Numbered from the stretch's first letter, positions 51,126 to 63,172 are shown. The stretch is 63,172 nt of DNA from Nemertoderma westbladi (GCA_032718475.1 JAUCBJ010004192.1:1-63172); one strand, 5' to 3'. Made by a program: numbers and translations. Notes: generated from the letters alone by a model not told the origin.

Positions 51126-52849
51126 ATATATTTTCGAACAAAGGATTGCGTCTACGTGGTTTAAATGAAAATTTTCGGATTCATCGTTAAATTTTGAGTC
51201 AGAAACTGTCGTTCTAGCCCATAGGGTCTTTCAAGAAGAAAAATAAACATATCATAAAACTTTAAATGGGTTTTTCTCAGAACGCCTTTTTTTGATACTA
51301 TACGTTTCTACTTGACATGCCACATATTTACATGTTATGTAGGTATTGTATAGATGTTATAATAATGTCAATAAACCTAACTAACTAACTTCTAGAATTT
51401 CCAAAAATAGTTCAAAAATTTCCAAAAATTTTACAAAAATTTCCAAAAGTTGTACAAAATGTTTCAAAAGTTGTACAAATAATTCCAAAAGTGGTATTAA
51501 AATCTGTATAATATATATAAATTCGTAGAAGTTATGTAAAAATTCCAAAAAGTTATAAAAAATCTCGAATATTGTATCATTATTGCAGGTCCCTTCTTGG
51601 TGAATTAATATCTCGTTACAATGTTAAATTTATCAATTAGGGGGTAGGAGCAGGTTTCAGAGGCACTTTATTATAACCAAAACAATTATCAAATTATTCC
51701 TTTATTTTCCATATTAGTTACTGTCTTACAGTAAATACTAACAGTATAATATTTTGAATTTAATATAACCTGCGGAAATTGTCAGGCACCAAAGTCGTAA
51801 TTATCAGATATTTTTCTCAAAACAGTGTTATTTGAATAAATTAATAATAACAATTTGATTAATAAAGAGTTAATTATATTTTATTTATTAATCAAGCACG
51901 TTAAGTAAAAACCTTACCGGTGGGTATGTCAGTGCCAAAGTATGTAAAAAACTAAAAAGCAACAAGACCTTGACGTTGCATGCAATCAGTGGTCAGCTGA
52001 TGGCAGCCGCTGATCGGTAGGTTTTCCCCGCAACTGAAGGCATTCTCAGGAGGCCAAGCCAGGAAATGTAGAAAGAGATTCCCAAAGGGGGACGGAACAG
52101 GTAACGAAATAAAGAGATGTCTGTACTGTAACTAACCACTGGGAAGCAGCACCGTAAACTTGCGCCAGTCACGTTTCTGCTTGTTGATAACCGGCTTGCG
52201 TGTTTGGATGTAATACATTTCAAGCTTTTGCAAGACTGGCCGTCTAGCAATTTCAGTGAAATGTTTAAACAATTCACGCCAGTCAGTCAGCCAACGTGTA
52301 TTGGTGCGTCATGATGTGGGTGTGCACAGTCTTACCCTGTTCGCTCCCATCATTGGTTGTCCCATTCTGGTGCTGTCTAACGCGTTCAAACAAGTGTTGG
52401 ATGGTGTGTCCAACATATTCCCCCTTACAAGAGGGACAAGAGAAAGAGTGAACGACGTTTGACGGAAGGATTTCCGGGATGGGGTGTTTGAGAGATGGGA
52501 GTGACTGGCGCAGTTTAGAAAGATGTTGTAAAAACAAACCAAACTGGCCGTGTGCAAAACCTGGGTATAAGACCACGTAACTTTCGTACAAACAGATCAG
52601 TTGCCCGACCTCGGTACTCTAACTTACAGATAATAGGCTTGGAATCATCACCAGCTGCCTGGTCGACCGGGTCAATGACCTCGGTGGGGACAGCTGTTGG
52701 TGCCTCGCCCCCAGAACCACTGCCTGCACGCCCCCTAGCGGCTTGAACTACGGCTAGCTCATGCTCGACCATCGTATCAGTATATTGGTTATTGTTAAGA
52801 ATATTTTTAGCATCCCCAATAGTGGTATAGAGTTGGGAACCATCCCCCC

Positions 52850-52960
52850 CTTAATAATAAATAATAATAAACAAATTTATTTTTGTTATTGCAGGCGCCC
52901 TTAGGGATCAGTGCGATCTTATCAGGGCGCCTGCAGCTAACTACCTAACCTAATTAAAAC
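52850..52960 (-). mobile_element. LINE/SINE 3' tail nested in Penelope
   Basis: Hairpin gcaggcgccc...gggcgcctgc next to a (TAA)n tract. Confidence 0.5.
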
Positions 52961-53033
52961 AACCAGTACCTATATACCTGTTCCATCAGTCACTTAATTA
53001 ATAATAATACACGTTCGTGGGGACTTCGCGCAG

Positions 53034-53607
53034 CACGTAGTCGGCAAGCCTTGGCATACGGTTCATATAGAGCAAATGGGGCATGTCTAGTTTGGACCCC
53101 ATATCCCATGCTATAAATGTATTCATTCGATATACAATCATATGTTAATCCGCTAGGTGGTGTCAAATTGTTATTCTGCAATTTCGTACTTACCAGTGCA
53201 GCACTGTACAGCAGTACCGTACCGGTAGGCCTATGTCATTACTTCTGAGTCTCTAGCGGATCCCCAATTAAATGTCTTAACTTTTCAATTTCGTAAAAGA
53301 TAGACTTCATGATTCTCTACCGGCCACCAAAATTTCAGCTCAGGAAAATGAGGCCTTCCCGAGAAATTTAACATTTTCTAAAAACCACATAATCTGTCGT
53401 AGCTGACGTCAGACTGCATGATTTTTCACCAAACTTTACAAACTTTCTAAACTTTCTCTCTACTACTTACCTACTAAGTTTGGTTCAATTCCGAACCAGC
53501 GATGCCGAGAAATTCGCGTTCAAACATTTACCAGACAGACAGACAGACAGACGGACATGCCCCATTTGCCCTATATGAACCGTATGCCAAGGCTCGCCGA
53601 CTACGTG
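53034..53607. mobile_element. MITE/HINE-like element nested in Penelope
   Basis: Inverted repeats of about 50 bp, cacgtagtcggc.agccttggcatacggttcatatag.gcaaatgggg, and a (GACA)n tract near the right end. Confidence 0.8.
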
Positions 53608-54528
53608 TCTCGCCCCACACTAAACAAACTGGACAAAAATACTAAAAGAGACTAGTATAGGGATTAAAGGGACTTACTGGGATTAAAGATGCGATGAAAC
53701 ATACCACAAACTACACTGCGTTTGTAAGTCTCAGGGGCACACGCAGTGGCATTGAGAACGAGCCCAGTATATGTAGGCTTGCGGTACCACGCTGTTAACA
53801 GAGCATAGTCAACCCGAGTGACAACCAAATCAAGAAAGGAGAAGCGCCCGCCCTCCTCCATCTCAAGGGTAAACCTAAGATTGGGATGGAGGGCATTGAA
53901 CTCTATCAACTTCTCAGTGGGCTCGTCACTGCCAACACTAAATACGTCATCGACGTACCTATCACTCAGCTTGGTGCCCGCAGCGATCCTCTCGTCGAAC
54001 TGTGACAGAAAGATGTTGGTGAGTATGGGGCCCAATGGAGACCCCACAGCGACACCATATTTCTGACAGACATAGTTGCCATGATGATCTAGGAATATGA
54101 CATCCTTGGTGACTAACAGCATAAGACCAATAAATTGGTCCTTGCTGATTGGCTGGCTGTCCGGATGCCGCTCATACAGTAGATCAGCAGCAAGCTGCAC
54201 CGCCTCCCTCAGTGGAACGTTAGTGAATAAACTCACAACGTCCAGGGAGTAGAGGCGGTCCATGGGTTCTACCTCTAGTTCAGCAAGACGATCGGTAGAC
54301 CCAGCACTGTTAGTATATACCCTTCAGGCAGCATTTCCAGCATGTCTCTAAGAAACACAGCGACAGGATGGTAAATGCTGCCGGGCATAGAGGTTATGAG
54401 ACTTAACGTGCTTGATTAATAAATTAATAAATAAAATACAATTAACTCTTTATTATTTGATTTTCAAGCTTCTACTTCAAAAATTTGATTATTGCCATCC
54501 ATATTGTTTAACATTTATTATTATTTAG

Positions 54529-55209
54529 ATCAATGTGGTCATTACTCGTGGTGGACATTGAACATAGATGATAATGCTAGCGATAAAATTGGAGGCCTGC
54601 ACGGGACAATACATGGAGCTGTACGCTATGGTCCTGGGCCAGGAGGTATTGAAAACCAAGCAATTGGTACTGCTCATGGATATTTATCAATCGCACATGG
54701 TCCTGATCAATTAACCTCGGAAACTTTCACAATGGCGATTTTTGTAAAGAGGGGGGGCGGAGGCCATGGGCCGATATATGAATATGGAACCAGCCAAGAG
54801 AGGGGATCTCATTTCTGGAGTCACCCCGCTATCACATCCTTATGGTACAATCCTGTGGTTGCTGGTGTTGCAGGACAACAAGTTAATAATGCCATTACGC
54901 TTGATGAATGGCATCTTGTGGCAATAGGAAGGAGTTCGGTTAATTTGCAACAGTTTATTTATAGTCGGCGTGTTGGCAGTCTGAATCACATTAGAAGAGA
55001 AGTGGAAACAATTAACACAGTACGAAATCCAGTAGATATCTATGGAGATCTTACTTTGGGGAGATATTTTAAAGGTGGGAACATCTTCCCAGGGTACATA
55101 GCCCATGCACGGTACTACAACTGCTATTTATCAGTGGAAGAAATTGATAAAATTCATGAAGATCTCATAGAGAATGGGACTGACACAGAAAAGAGTCTTA
55201 TTGATACAG
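54529..55209 (+). CDS. Host gene exon: ConA/LamG-like domain 8 (type D')
   Basis: atttag|...|gtgag, 681 nt. Near-identical to 37335-38015 except the first ~29 and last ~20 codons. Confidence 0.88.
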
Positions 55210-56994
55210 GTGAGTTTCAGGTTTATCATTGTATTCGATTCAACTATCACATCACTGAATATAGGTAGGTAGATTGTCGCTTTATACAGTAATCAATGTA
55301 CAATTGAGCCAGCTAGCAAGTAATTGTTTAAATAGATGGGAAAAGTACCTGAAATATGACCAAATTTAGTCACATCTCCGCATAGTGGTTAATTAAATTA
55401 ATGTGCTACCTAACTCTGCTCTGGTATCTCTCAATTATACTCCTTATTTACATATGTAAGCTGGTCTTATCAGCTTAGCGATTCGATACCGTCAAGATAC
55501 CGAGTAGTAGTCATGGTGTCGTTCGACCGGCCAGCCCAAGATCAAGGTGATTGCAATGGGGATCGAAATCCCGGTCGACGGTTTGATTTGATGCGAATGG
55601 TGCACGTCAAGGGAAATATTGAGTTGATGTTTATTGATGGTATGATAATCTTCGAGCACAAAATTATCTTAAATACGTTGAGGATAAATTTTTTTAATGA
55701 GACCAAAATATTGATATCCTAATCATTAATCATGATGTCGTTAATTTATCATTAGTGGGTTAAAAGTACTGCAAAGGCACCTATGAAGTCATCACAACAG
55801 TAGATTCTATGTGGCTGTACCGATAAATGTAATTGTAATATATTTAATATTACATGAAATAATTACCTTAATTTCAACATCAAAAGATTTCAAAATCGGA
55901 GAGTTTCAAAAAATTCTATCAGATTTGCCGCGTGTAAAAGTGAGAGACGACTTGGCACGGCCCCCACGGCATTGAATAACAGCATAATATCATTGTAAAC
56001 CTAACATATATATCATTTGATAATTGTATTGGATATTATTTAATTAATTAATTAAACGTATTCATACATCATGTCAGTTCCTCTTCTAGTGCCATGTAAT
56101 ATATATGTATATTAGGTGATTAATGATCTCTGATGTAGGAGGCTGCTGCTAATTAATGGTAACTAACAAGCATACACTTCAAAATTAATCAATATTGCAA
56201 TTGTTATAAATCATAATAAACTTGCTTGAAAGCACATGGAACATAACTTGTATATGTAACCAAAGAGTTATTATTTATTATATGTGTTATTACTGTTTTC
56301 ACAACATACTGTAAATTCAGACAAATTATTTGCAGCATAATGTTACAAACTACACTTTAATTTGTTATGAATATTTTTGCACTGCTTATTGCGATATTTA
56401 TAACACTGTAGGTAGGTAGACAGAGATAGATGCATTGGTGACTTAATACGCACGTAGCCTTAGATAAATTACAGATGTTCTAATGTCAATTGAACTTTTA
56501 TTTGCGTCATGGCTCATATAATGGGTTCTGCACTTGCCTGTATCATAGTTTTCAATATGTTACACTTTGGAAATAGTGCTCAATTTCCATTACATGAAGA
56601 TGAAGTCCAATTGTTAGAGAAACGAAAAAAGAGTAATGGTATGTATTTCTAGGTGACAATATGACCAGCACTGGCATATCTTTTTACAAACAGACATTTT
56701 CTTTTATTATATATAATTCCAATTTATATAGATAGATTTATTTATACATTATGTAAAAACAATAACAAATACACCAAACAATGTACCGGTATAAAGGTAT
56801 TGTCAAAACATAACATATAGGATTACCCCTAAAGCTTTGCAGCTTATTTCCAAGGGGCTTCTTTATGTTACTTGGTTACAAATACAATATTACACTACGC
56901 TAACCTAAAACAAATAAAACGTAATTAAACTATGTACAATGTACATGTACAACTTTACCGAGAGCGTGACAATGTCCAATTCAACGATAAAGAT

Positions 56995-59900
56995 GTAATT
57001 GCTCCTGTAGAGGAGGTGGAAAATTTCTACCACAATCTACCAGCAGCTAGTGATGGAGTGGATCAGCATGCATTCTTAACATTCCTGGGAGACTTTAATG
57101 CAAGTTTGCATCAATCACCTACATCGCCTTGGGTCTATAGCAATAGTGTTAACCGAAATTCCGTCCATCTGCAGGATTTTATCTCTGGAAATGGATTGTT
57201 TTCGGCTGTAACCCAGTTCAAGAAGCGAACTGGAAAGCTATGGACTCATAGTGGACCCAGTGGTCACAAGTCCCAGATAGACCATATTCAGTTTCGTAGG
57301 AAATACAGGAGCTCTATACAAGACTGTAATGCATTTACACTTCGACCCTTCTCCAGTGATCACCGCCTTATAGTGGCCAAGGTAAGACTTAGTCTGCGTG
57401 CTAGCAGAACAACGAAATCTGCCTTGCCGCGGCATGACTGGTCCTCTCTGTTGCAACAGCCAAGTGTGAGGCCCAGCTTCACACTACAGCTGAGCAACAG
57501 GTATGAGGTTCTTGCCTCTGAGGCGGCAGATCACTGCGAGGCTATACTGCCTTTACAGAAGCAGTTAAGTTAGCAGCTGCAGAAACAGTTTGTGTATACC
57601 CTCGAAACAGGGAAAGGGCCCCCTGGACTGGACTGACAACAAAATTTAGAAGTGCCGAAATGACCTCTATAAGGAGCAGAAAGAGTCCCGACTCAAACAG
57701 ACTACAGCGGCCAAGAATGCAGTTAAGGCTGCATCTAGGTCCCTGAACAGGCAGTACTCTGTTAATCTACAGGAGCTAATAAACCAACAGGTTGATGCCA
57801 TCAATGATGCTGACGACAGCAAGCAATCATCCCAGGCATGCAAATCGATCAACTTGCTTACTGGGCGTAAAAGCCAACCAACCACCAAGGATAAGGCTGA
57901 ATCACCAGCCAATTGCCTCAATGGTTGGAAGGCCCACTTTGAAAAGCTCCTCAATAATGACAGGGTATTGCCTGATAACTTTATAGAAGTAAAATTGTCT
58001 GAGTCTGTACTCCCAGATATTCCCATTGGCGATGACTCCTTTGCAGAAGTGAAGGCTGCTGCAAAGAGCATTAAGACCAATCGTGCCAGAGGAGTAGATG
58101 GTATTCCCCCTGAGGTCTTTAAAATACCTGAGTGTTTAAAGCTCATCTATCCCATCATAGTAGACATGTACTGAACAACAAGAGTCCCACAAGAAATGAA
58201 AACAAATAAGTTGGTGCCAGTTCCCAAGAAGGGCAACCTAACACTCTATAGTTCTTTTCGGGGAATCTCATTGATCTCGATGGCTGCAAAGCTATACAAT
58301 AGAATTATATTAAATCGCATCGGGGATCCCATTGAGAGACTGCTCCGAGGAAATCAGAATGGGTTCCGTAAAGGTGTGGGACCATGGAGCCCATTTTGGC
58401 ACTTAGAAGGATATTTGAAGAGTTATCAAAAAAGAAAGACAGGCATCTGGCTGTTATCTTTGTTGACTTCTTCAAGGCTGTTGGGTTTTGAAGAAACAAC
58501 AACAATAAGAAAAGCATGAGGAATGCCAAATGTTGGGTTTTGAAGAAACAACAACAATAAGAAAAGCATGAGGAATGACAACAAGTACTCTATTATAATA
58601 CATTGTTTAGTTACTCTAATTCTCTAGATAGATATAATTATATTGCATGACAAAAATGTATCTGGTATATATCTCATGATGTGCAATATGGTTACACATA
58701 GAAAGGGTCAAACATACCTACTGTAGAAGTGCAAACAATATGTAAATATAATATAATTAATCATGGAGTTAATTAATTACGGTAGTAGTGTTGAGGTTAT
58801 ACACATCATTTAACAGCACATAATATTAAATCAATTATACCTTATATTAACGTTACATAGGCCTTTGATTCAGTCTCTCGCTCACGTATGCTCAGCATAC
58901 TTTCATTATATTGGATTCCTGATGAAATTATTGCAGCAATCAGATCAGTATACGATGGTTCGAAAACATTTGTGTCTACTGTTTACGGTGACACAGAACC
59001 ATTTGAAGTGTTATGGGGCGTCCTCCAGTGAGACACACTTGCACCATTCTTGTTTATAATTGTGGTTGACTATGTTCTACGCATGTCCTTAGATCATCAT
59101 AATGATGATGGGGTGATGATAACTCCACCTACTGGCTCCAGAAGTAGAGGAAATCCTCCAAGTACCTAACTGATCTAGACTTTGCTGATGACTTAGGAGT
59201 ACTCTCAGAATCACTAGAGGGAGACCAACGGCTCCTCAGCTCATTAGAACAGGCTGCTTCTAGTGTTGGTCTTTTTATTAACTCCAGAAAGACCACAATT
59301 TTGACAGTTAACTTTGAAAGTCATCAGCAAGTCTCTGATCGGATGAGCATAAGCTCAAAGGATGGTATGCTTGAGCATGTGGACGACTTCTGTTACCTGG
59401 CATCATGGATCCGAAATTCAGATGAGGACCTTCGAATACGTAAGGGAAAGGCATGGGCAACTTTTAATAGGCTTTTTAGGATTTGGAAGTCATCGAGAAT
59501 TAATCGGAAACTTAAGGTCCGATTATTTAGAGCAGCAGTAGTTCCAGTACTCCTCTATGGGAGTCCATGCTGGGCTCTAACTGCTGAGGACACCAAATCT
59601 CTGGATGGCACATTCACAAGAATGCTTCGCCGGGTTGATAGTGTCAAGTACAATGTACACATCTCCAACCAGACACTATATAACATTGGAGGTGTCTCAT
59701 TGGTTCCCCCAAGCTTGACACTAGAACAAAATCGCCTCTGCTTTGCAGGTCATTGCTTTCGCCGTGAGGACCAGCCAGTGCATAATCTTGTACTTTGGCA
59801 GCCTCATGGAGTGAATAAGCGTGGTGGACAGCCCATAACTTTCTTGAGACGCATCTTAAACGACACTGGCCTTGAAGATGCGCATGATCTAGCGAATGTC

Positions 59901-60560
59901 ATGGGTGATAGGGAGTTGTGGCGGCGCAAATTTGTCGACAAGCCGGCACACCATTCTTAAAAATGCAGCTGCAATGCAGCATGCTGATCCTAGTAATGGT
60001 AGTCCACTCTGTTTCCCAAGTTGCCTTGGTTCCCATTTATCAACCACTGAAGGATGGAAGCCAGGGTTAGGCTTGCCTGCAGCATTTAAAGCACTGCGAT
60101 TATTTAGAGCAGCAGTAGTTCCAGTACTCCTCTATGGGAGTCCATGCTGGGCTCTAACTGCTGAGGACACCAAATCTCTGGATGGCACATTCACAAGAAT
60201 GCTTCGCCGGGTTGATAGTGTCGAGTACAATGTACACATCTCCAACCAGACACTATATAACATTGGAGGTGTCTCATTGGTTCCCCCAAGCTTGACACTA
60301 GAACAAAATCGCCTCTGCTTTGCAGGTCATTGCTTTCGCCGTGAGGACCAGCCAGTGCATAATCTTGTACTTTGGCAGCCTCATGGAGTGAATAAGCATG
60401 GTGGACAGCCCATAACTTTCTTGAGACGCATCTTAAACGACACTGGCCTTGAAGATGCGCTTGATCTAGCGAATGTCATGGGTGATAGGGAGTTGTGGCG
60501 GCGCAATTTTGTCGACAAGCCGGCACACCATTCTTAAAAATGCAGCTGCAATGCAGCATG
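56995..60560 (+). mobile_element. RTE-like LINE (APE plus RT), decayed, with a duplicated 3' end
   Basis: LGDFNA, SQIDHI, SDHRLIV, PVPKKG, FRGISL, QNGFR, FVDFFKA|FDS, GVLQ.DTLAPFLF and DFADD motifs. Confidence 0.9.
58479..58857. mobile_element. Candidate solo LTR inserted in the RTE RT
   Basis: TGT...ACA termini with flanks aaggc and taggc. Removal restores FKA|FDS. The first ~50 bp are tandemly duplicated. Confidence 0.6.
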
Positions 60561-60673
60561 CTGATCCTAGTAATAGTAGTCCACTCTGTTTCCCAAGTTG
60601 CCTTGGTTCCCATTTATCAACCACTGAAGGATGGAAGCCAGGGTTGGGCTTGGCTGCAGCATTTAAAGCACTG
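59520..60673 (+). repeat. 577-bp tandem duplication (RTE 3' end plus part of a SINE)
   Basis: 59520-60096 is nearly identical to 60097-60673, with the junction at a CG microhomology. Confidence 0.92.
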
Positions 60674-60758
60674 CGCCCAAACAGTGCTGCACCATCTAGG
60701 GATCGAACCAGGGTTTCCTAATTGGAAGCCCAGGAATGTCACCACTACACCAAGCTGC
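60570..60758 (-). mobile_element. tRNA(Gly-like)-derived SINE
   Basis: Minus strand gcagct-TGGTGTAGTGG...CTTCCAA...GGTTCGATCC, then the body ggcttccatccttcagtggttgataaatgggaacc. Confidence 0.7.
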
Positions 60759-61469
60759 TGCTTGGTTAATTTAATTTGCTAAACTAATTGCTATATTATG
60801 AACCACATATACTAATTACGAATTGTTTTGTAATTATTTTTTACGACAAAAAAGCAAACATTTTCATATTTACACAAACAGGTACAAATCAATAAAGATG
60901 TTATTATAATTTCAAAACTGACTTTCTCAATTAATAGAACCATACTGTATGCAATAGTTTTATTTTGTATATGTTTTTGTGGATTTTGAAAGTTTTGCTC
61001 TACTGATAATGGCACTTGTTTTATTCATATGATATGACACTCAAAAGTATCGTATTATACAACAAAGTTCGATTTTTGACGTTTGAAATCTTATTCAACT
61101 TGTATTTTTCGTCCCAGCAGACAAGCTCTAAAAACGATAGTTACGTTACCACGAATGATTTTTAACGAGTTGTATCGTGATCAGCGACCTCGAAAACCCT
61201 TATACCATCAAAATTTAAATTTTTGAGCCAAGATCTAAAAAATGTAATAAATAAATACCCCCCCCCCCCCCCCCCCCCCCGGGCATATTACGTTATCAAA
61301 TAGCCCGGTGATAAGGGCATATAGTAACTTTTGCAGAAAACAGCGTATAAGCACGTTGAATGAACTATCCCTTAGATGTATCCAAGTTGGATGTCCGTAT
61401 TTCCATTATCGGAGCTAGTTGTGTATCCCAATTAAGGTTTTGGTTGCCAGGGACCTGTTATTGGTGGAT

Positions 61470-61950
61470 AAAACCCGAAAATAAAGAAAAAGACGAAATC
61501 ATTAACGAAACTATCGAATTTATCAAACAATCTACAAAATCTCCCTTTCCAGTACGATCGGTATTATTAGAAGGCACACTTTACATATTTTAATTAATTA
61601 AATCCGACAATTCCGCCCAAATTTCGACCTTAAAAGTAATTTAATATCAATTTAATACAATTCAAAATTATTAATTATTAAATTATAAGATAATTTAATA
61701 CCATCTTGTGGTATTTTGCCTTCATTTGATTACCCCTAATAACCAATCAATAGAGAGAGTATTTGGTATTAAATTACTTTTAGGGTTGATAATTGGGCGG
61801 AATTATCGGATTTTATTAATTGGTTCTATAACATGTAAAGTGTGCCTTCTAATAATACCTATCTTACTGGAAAGCGAGATTTTATTTAAAAATTTATAAT
61901 TTCGATATTTTCGTTAATAATTTCCTATTTTTTGTTATTATTGGGTTTTA
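61470..61950. repeat. Fold-back element or MITE with imperfect inverted arms of about 150 bp
   Basis: gtattattagaaggcacactttacat...aatccgacaattccgcccaa against ttgggcggaattatcggatt...atgtaaagtgtgccttctaataatac. Confidence 0.75.
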
Positions 61951-62056
61951 TAACTATCCCCTGTTGGTTGCCTAGCAACAGTGAAATCAATTCTAGAGTG
62001 ACCGATCATAATCGTAGAATACACTCAAAACAAAATTCTGTCGACACCCCATAGGG

Positions 62057-62715
62057 AGCATCTATTGGACAGCATCTATTGGACAGCATCTATTGGACAG
62101 CATCTATTGGACAGCATCTATTGGACAGCATCTATTGGACAGCATCTATTGGACAGCATCTATTGGACAGCATCTATTGGACAGCATCTATTGGACAGCA
62201 TCTATTGGACAGCATCTATTGAACAGCATCTATTGGACAGCATCTATTGGACAGCATCTATTGGACAGCATCTATTGGACAGCATCTATTGGACAGCATC
62301 TATTGGACAGCATCTATTGGACAGCATCTATTGGACAGCATCTATTGGACAGCATCTATTGGACAGCATCTATTGGACAGCATCTATTGGACAGCATCTA
62401 TTGAACAGCATATATTGGACAGCATCTATTGGACAGCATCTATTGGACAGCATCTATTGGACAGCATCTATTGGACAGCATCTATTGGACAGCATCTATT
62501 GGACAGCATCTATTGAACAGCATCTATTGGACAGCATCTATTGGACAGCATCTATTGGACAGCATCTATTGGACAGCATCTATTGGACAGCATCTATTGA
62601 ACAGCATCTATTGGACAGCATCTATTGGACAGCATCTATTGGACAGCATCTATTGGACAGCATCTATTGGACAGCATCTATTGGACAGCATCTATTGGAC
62701 AGCATCTATTGGACA
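62057..62715 (+). repeat. 14-bp minisatellite (AGCATCTATTGGAC), about 47 copies
   Basis: Nearly perfect array with an occasional GG>GA variant. Confidence 0.97.
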
Positions 62716-62980
62716 TGCTTTCAGCTTTCAGCAAAATTTCGCTTTATTTCGTTTAGAATTGTTGGATACATTTCCTACTGATTTTTTAACATACAATAAA
62801 CTATATTGTGTACTTCGCCCAATGTTTCGTTTTTCGTTATTAGGCTGCCCATGATAGGCGCCTAATTTAATACAGCAATATTGATAGCAATGGATCCGTC
62901 CATTATTGCCATAGCTCTCGGCTGGCAAGCTTGTTCTTATGTTTCTTACTCCAATATAAAAAACAACATATTACTTACAG

Positions 62981-63088
62981 ATCGCTGTGGAGTTGAATGT
63001 GGTGTCAATGCCCGTTGTAAGAACGGTAATTGTGTATGCAAAAACAGAAAGTATAAAATGTTGGGGAACGGAAACTGTTTTGAAGACC
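62981..63088 (+). CDS. Host gene exon: EGF-like domain
   Basis: ttacag|...|gtaag, 108 nt, phase 1-1. (D)RCGVECGVNARCKNGNCVCKNRKYKMLGNGNCFED with six Cys. The gene continues beyond the window. Confidence 0.88.
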
Positions 63089-63172
63089 GTAAGTACTCCT
63101 AAAAACATATCTTTCTTTATATATTATTCAGAACACAAATATAGAGGTATAATTAAAATATTGGTTAGGCTA

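Larger units (their letters stand above)
51860..54455 (-). mobile_element. Penelope-like retroelement (RT plus GIY-YIG), truncated and interrupted
   Basis: SLDVVSLFTNVP, GVAVGSPLGPIL, RYVDD, FLDL and YRKPT (53664-54263). VVHSFSCPSCKGEYVGHT..L.ER..QH GIY-YIG (about 52370-52465). Inverted repeats of about 50 bp at both ends. Confidence 0.9.

Noticed and set aside
35078-55106. Recurrent antisense ORFs over the LamG-like exons
   Set aside because: Shadows of the duplicated sense exons.
60690-60758. Functional tRNA-Gly gene
   Set aside because: Acceptor and anticodon stems pair poorly and the sequence runs into a SINE body. Treated as a SINE head.
62065-62854. DSIYWTASIGQHLL repeat ORFs
   Set aside because: Translation of a 14-bp tandem repeat; the same peptide appears in all frames.

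Overview
AT-rich animal (invertebrate-like) genomic DNA, not prokaryotic. One large plus-strand mosaic gene crosses the whole window and extends beyond both ends. It has 14 supportable exons (about 6.06 kb spliced, about 2,020 aa): an F-type (fucose-binding) lectin domain split over three exons including a 13-nt microexon, two calcium-binding EGF exons, eight single-exon ConA/LamG-like jelly-roll domains arranged as a duplicated four-exon unit (ABCD-A'B'C'D') with patchwork homogenisation, and a further EGF exon. The introns are packed with nested mobile DNA: three Helitron-like non-autonomous copies, a young Gypsy LTR element with a SCAN-like gag inside a LINE, CRE, RTE, L2/CR1-group and Penelope fragments, TTAA-flanked TIR elements, a candidate solo LTR, SINEs and several satellites. 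The most unusual items are (i) a roughly 100-nt tRNA-like Pol III cassette whose anticodon/variable region is replaced by a minimal type I hammerhead ribozyme (27631-27733, minus strand), (ii) the lectin exon array, and (iii) an orphan double zinc-knuckle pseudogene. All family assignments come from motif recognition by eye; no database search was run.
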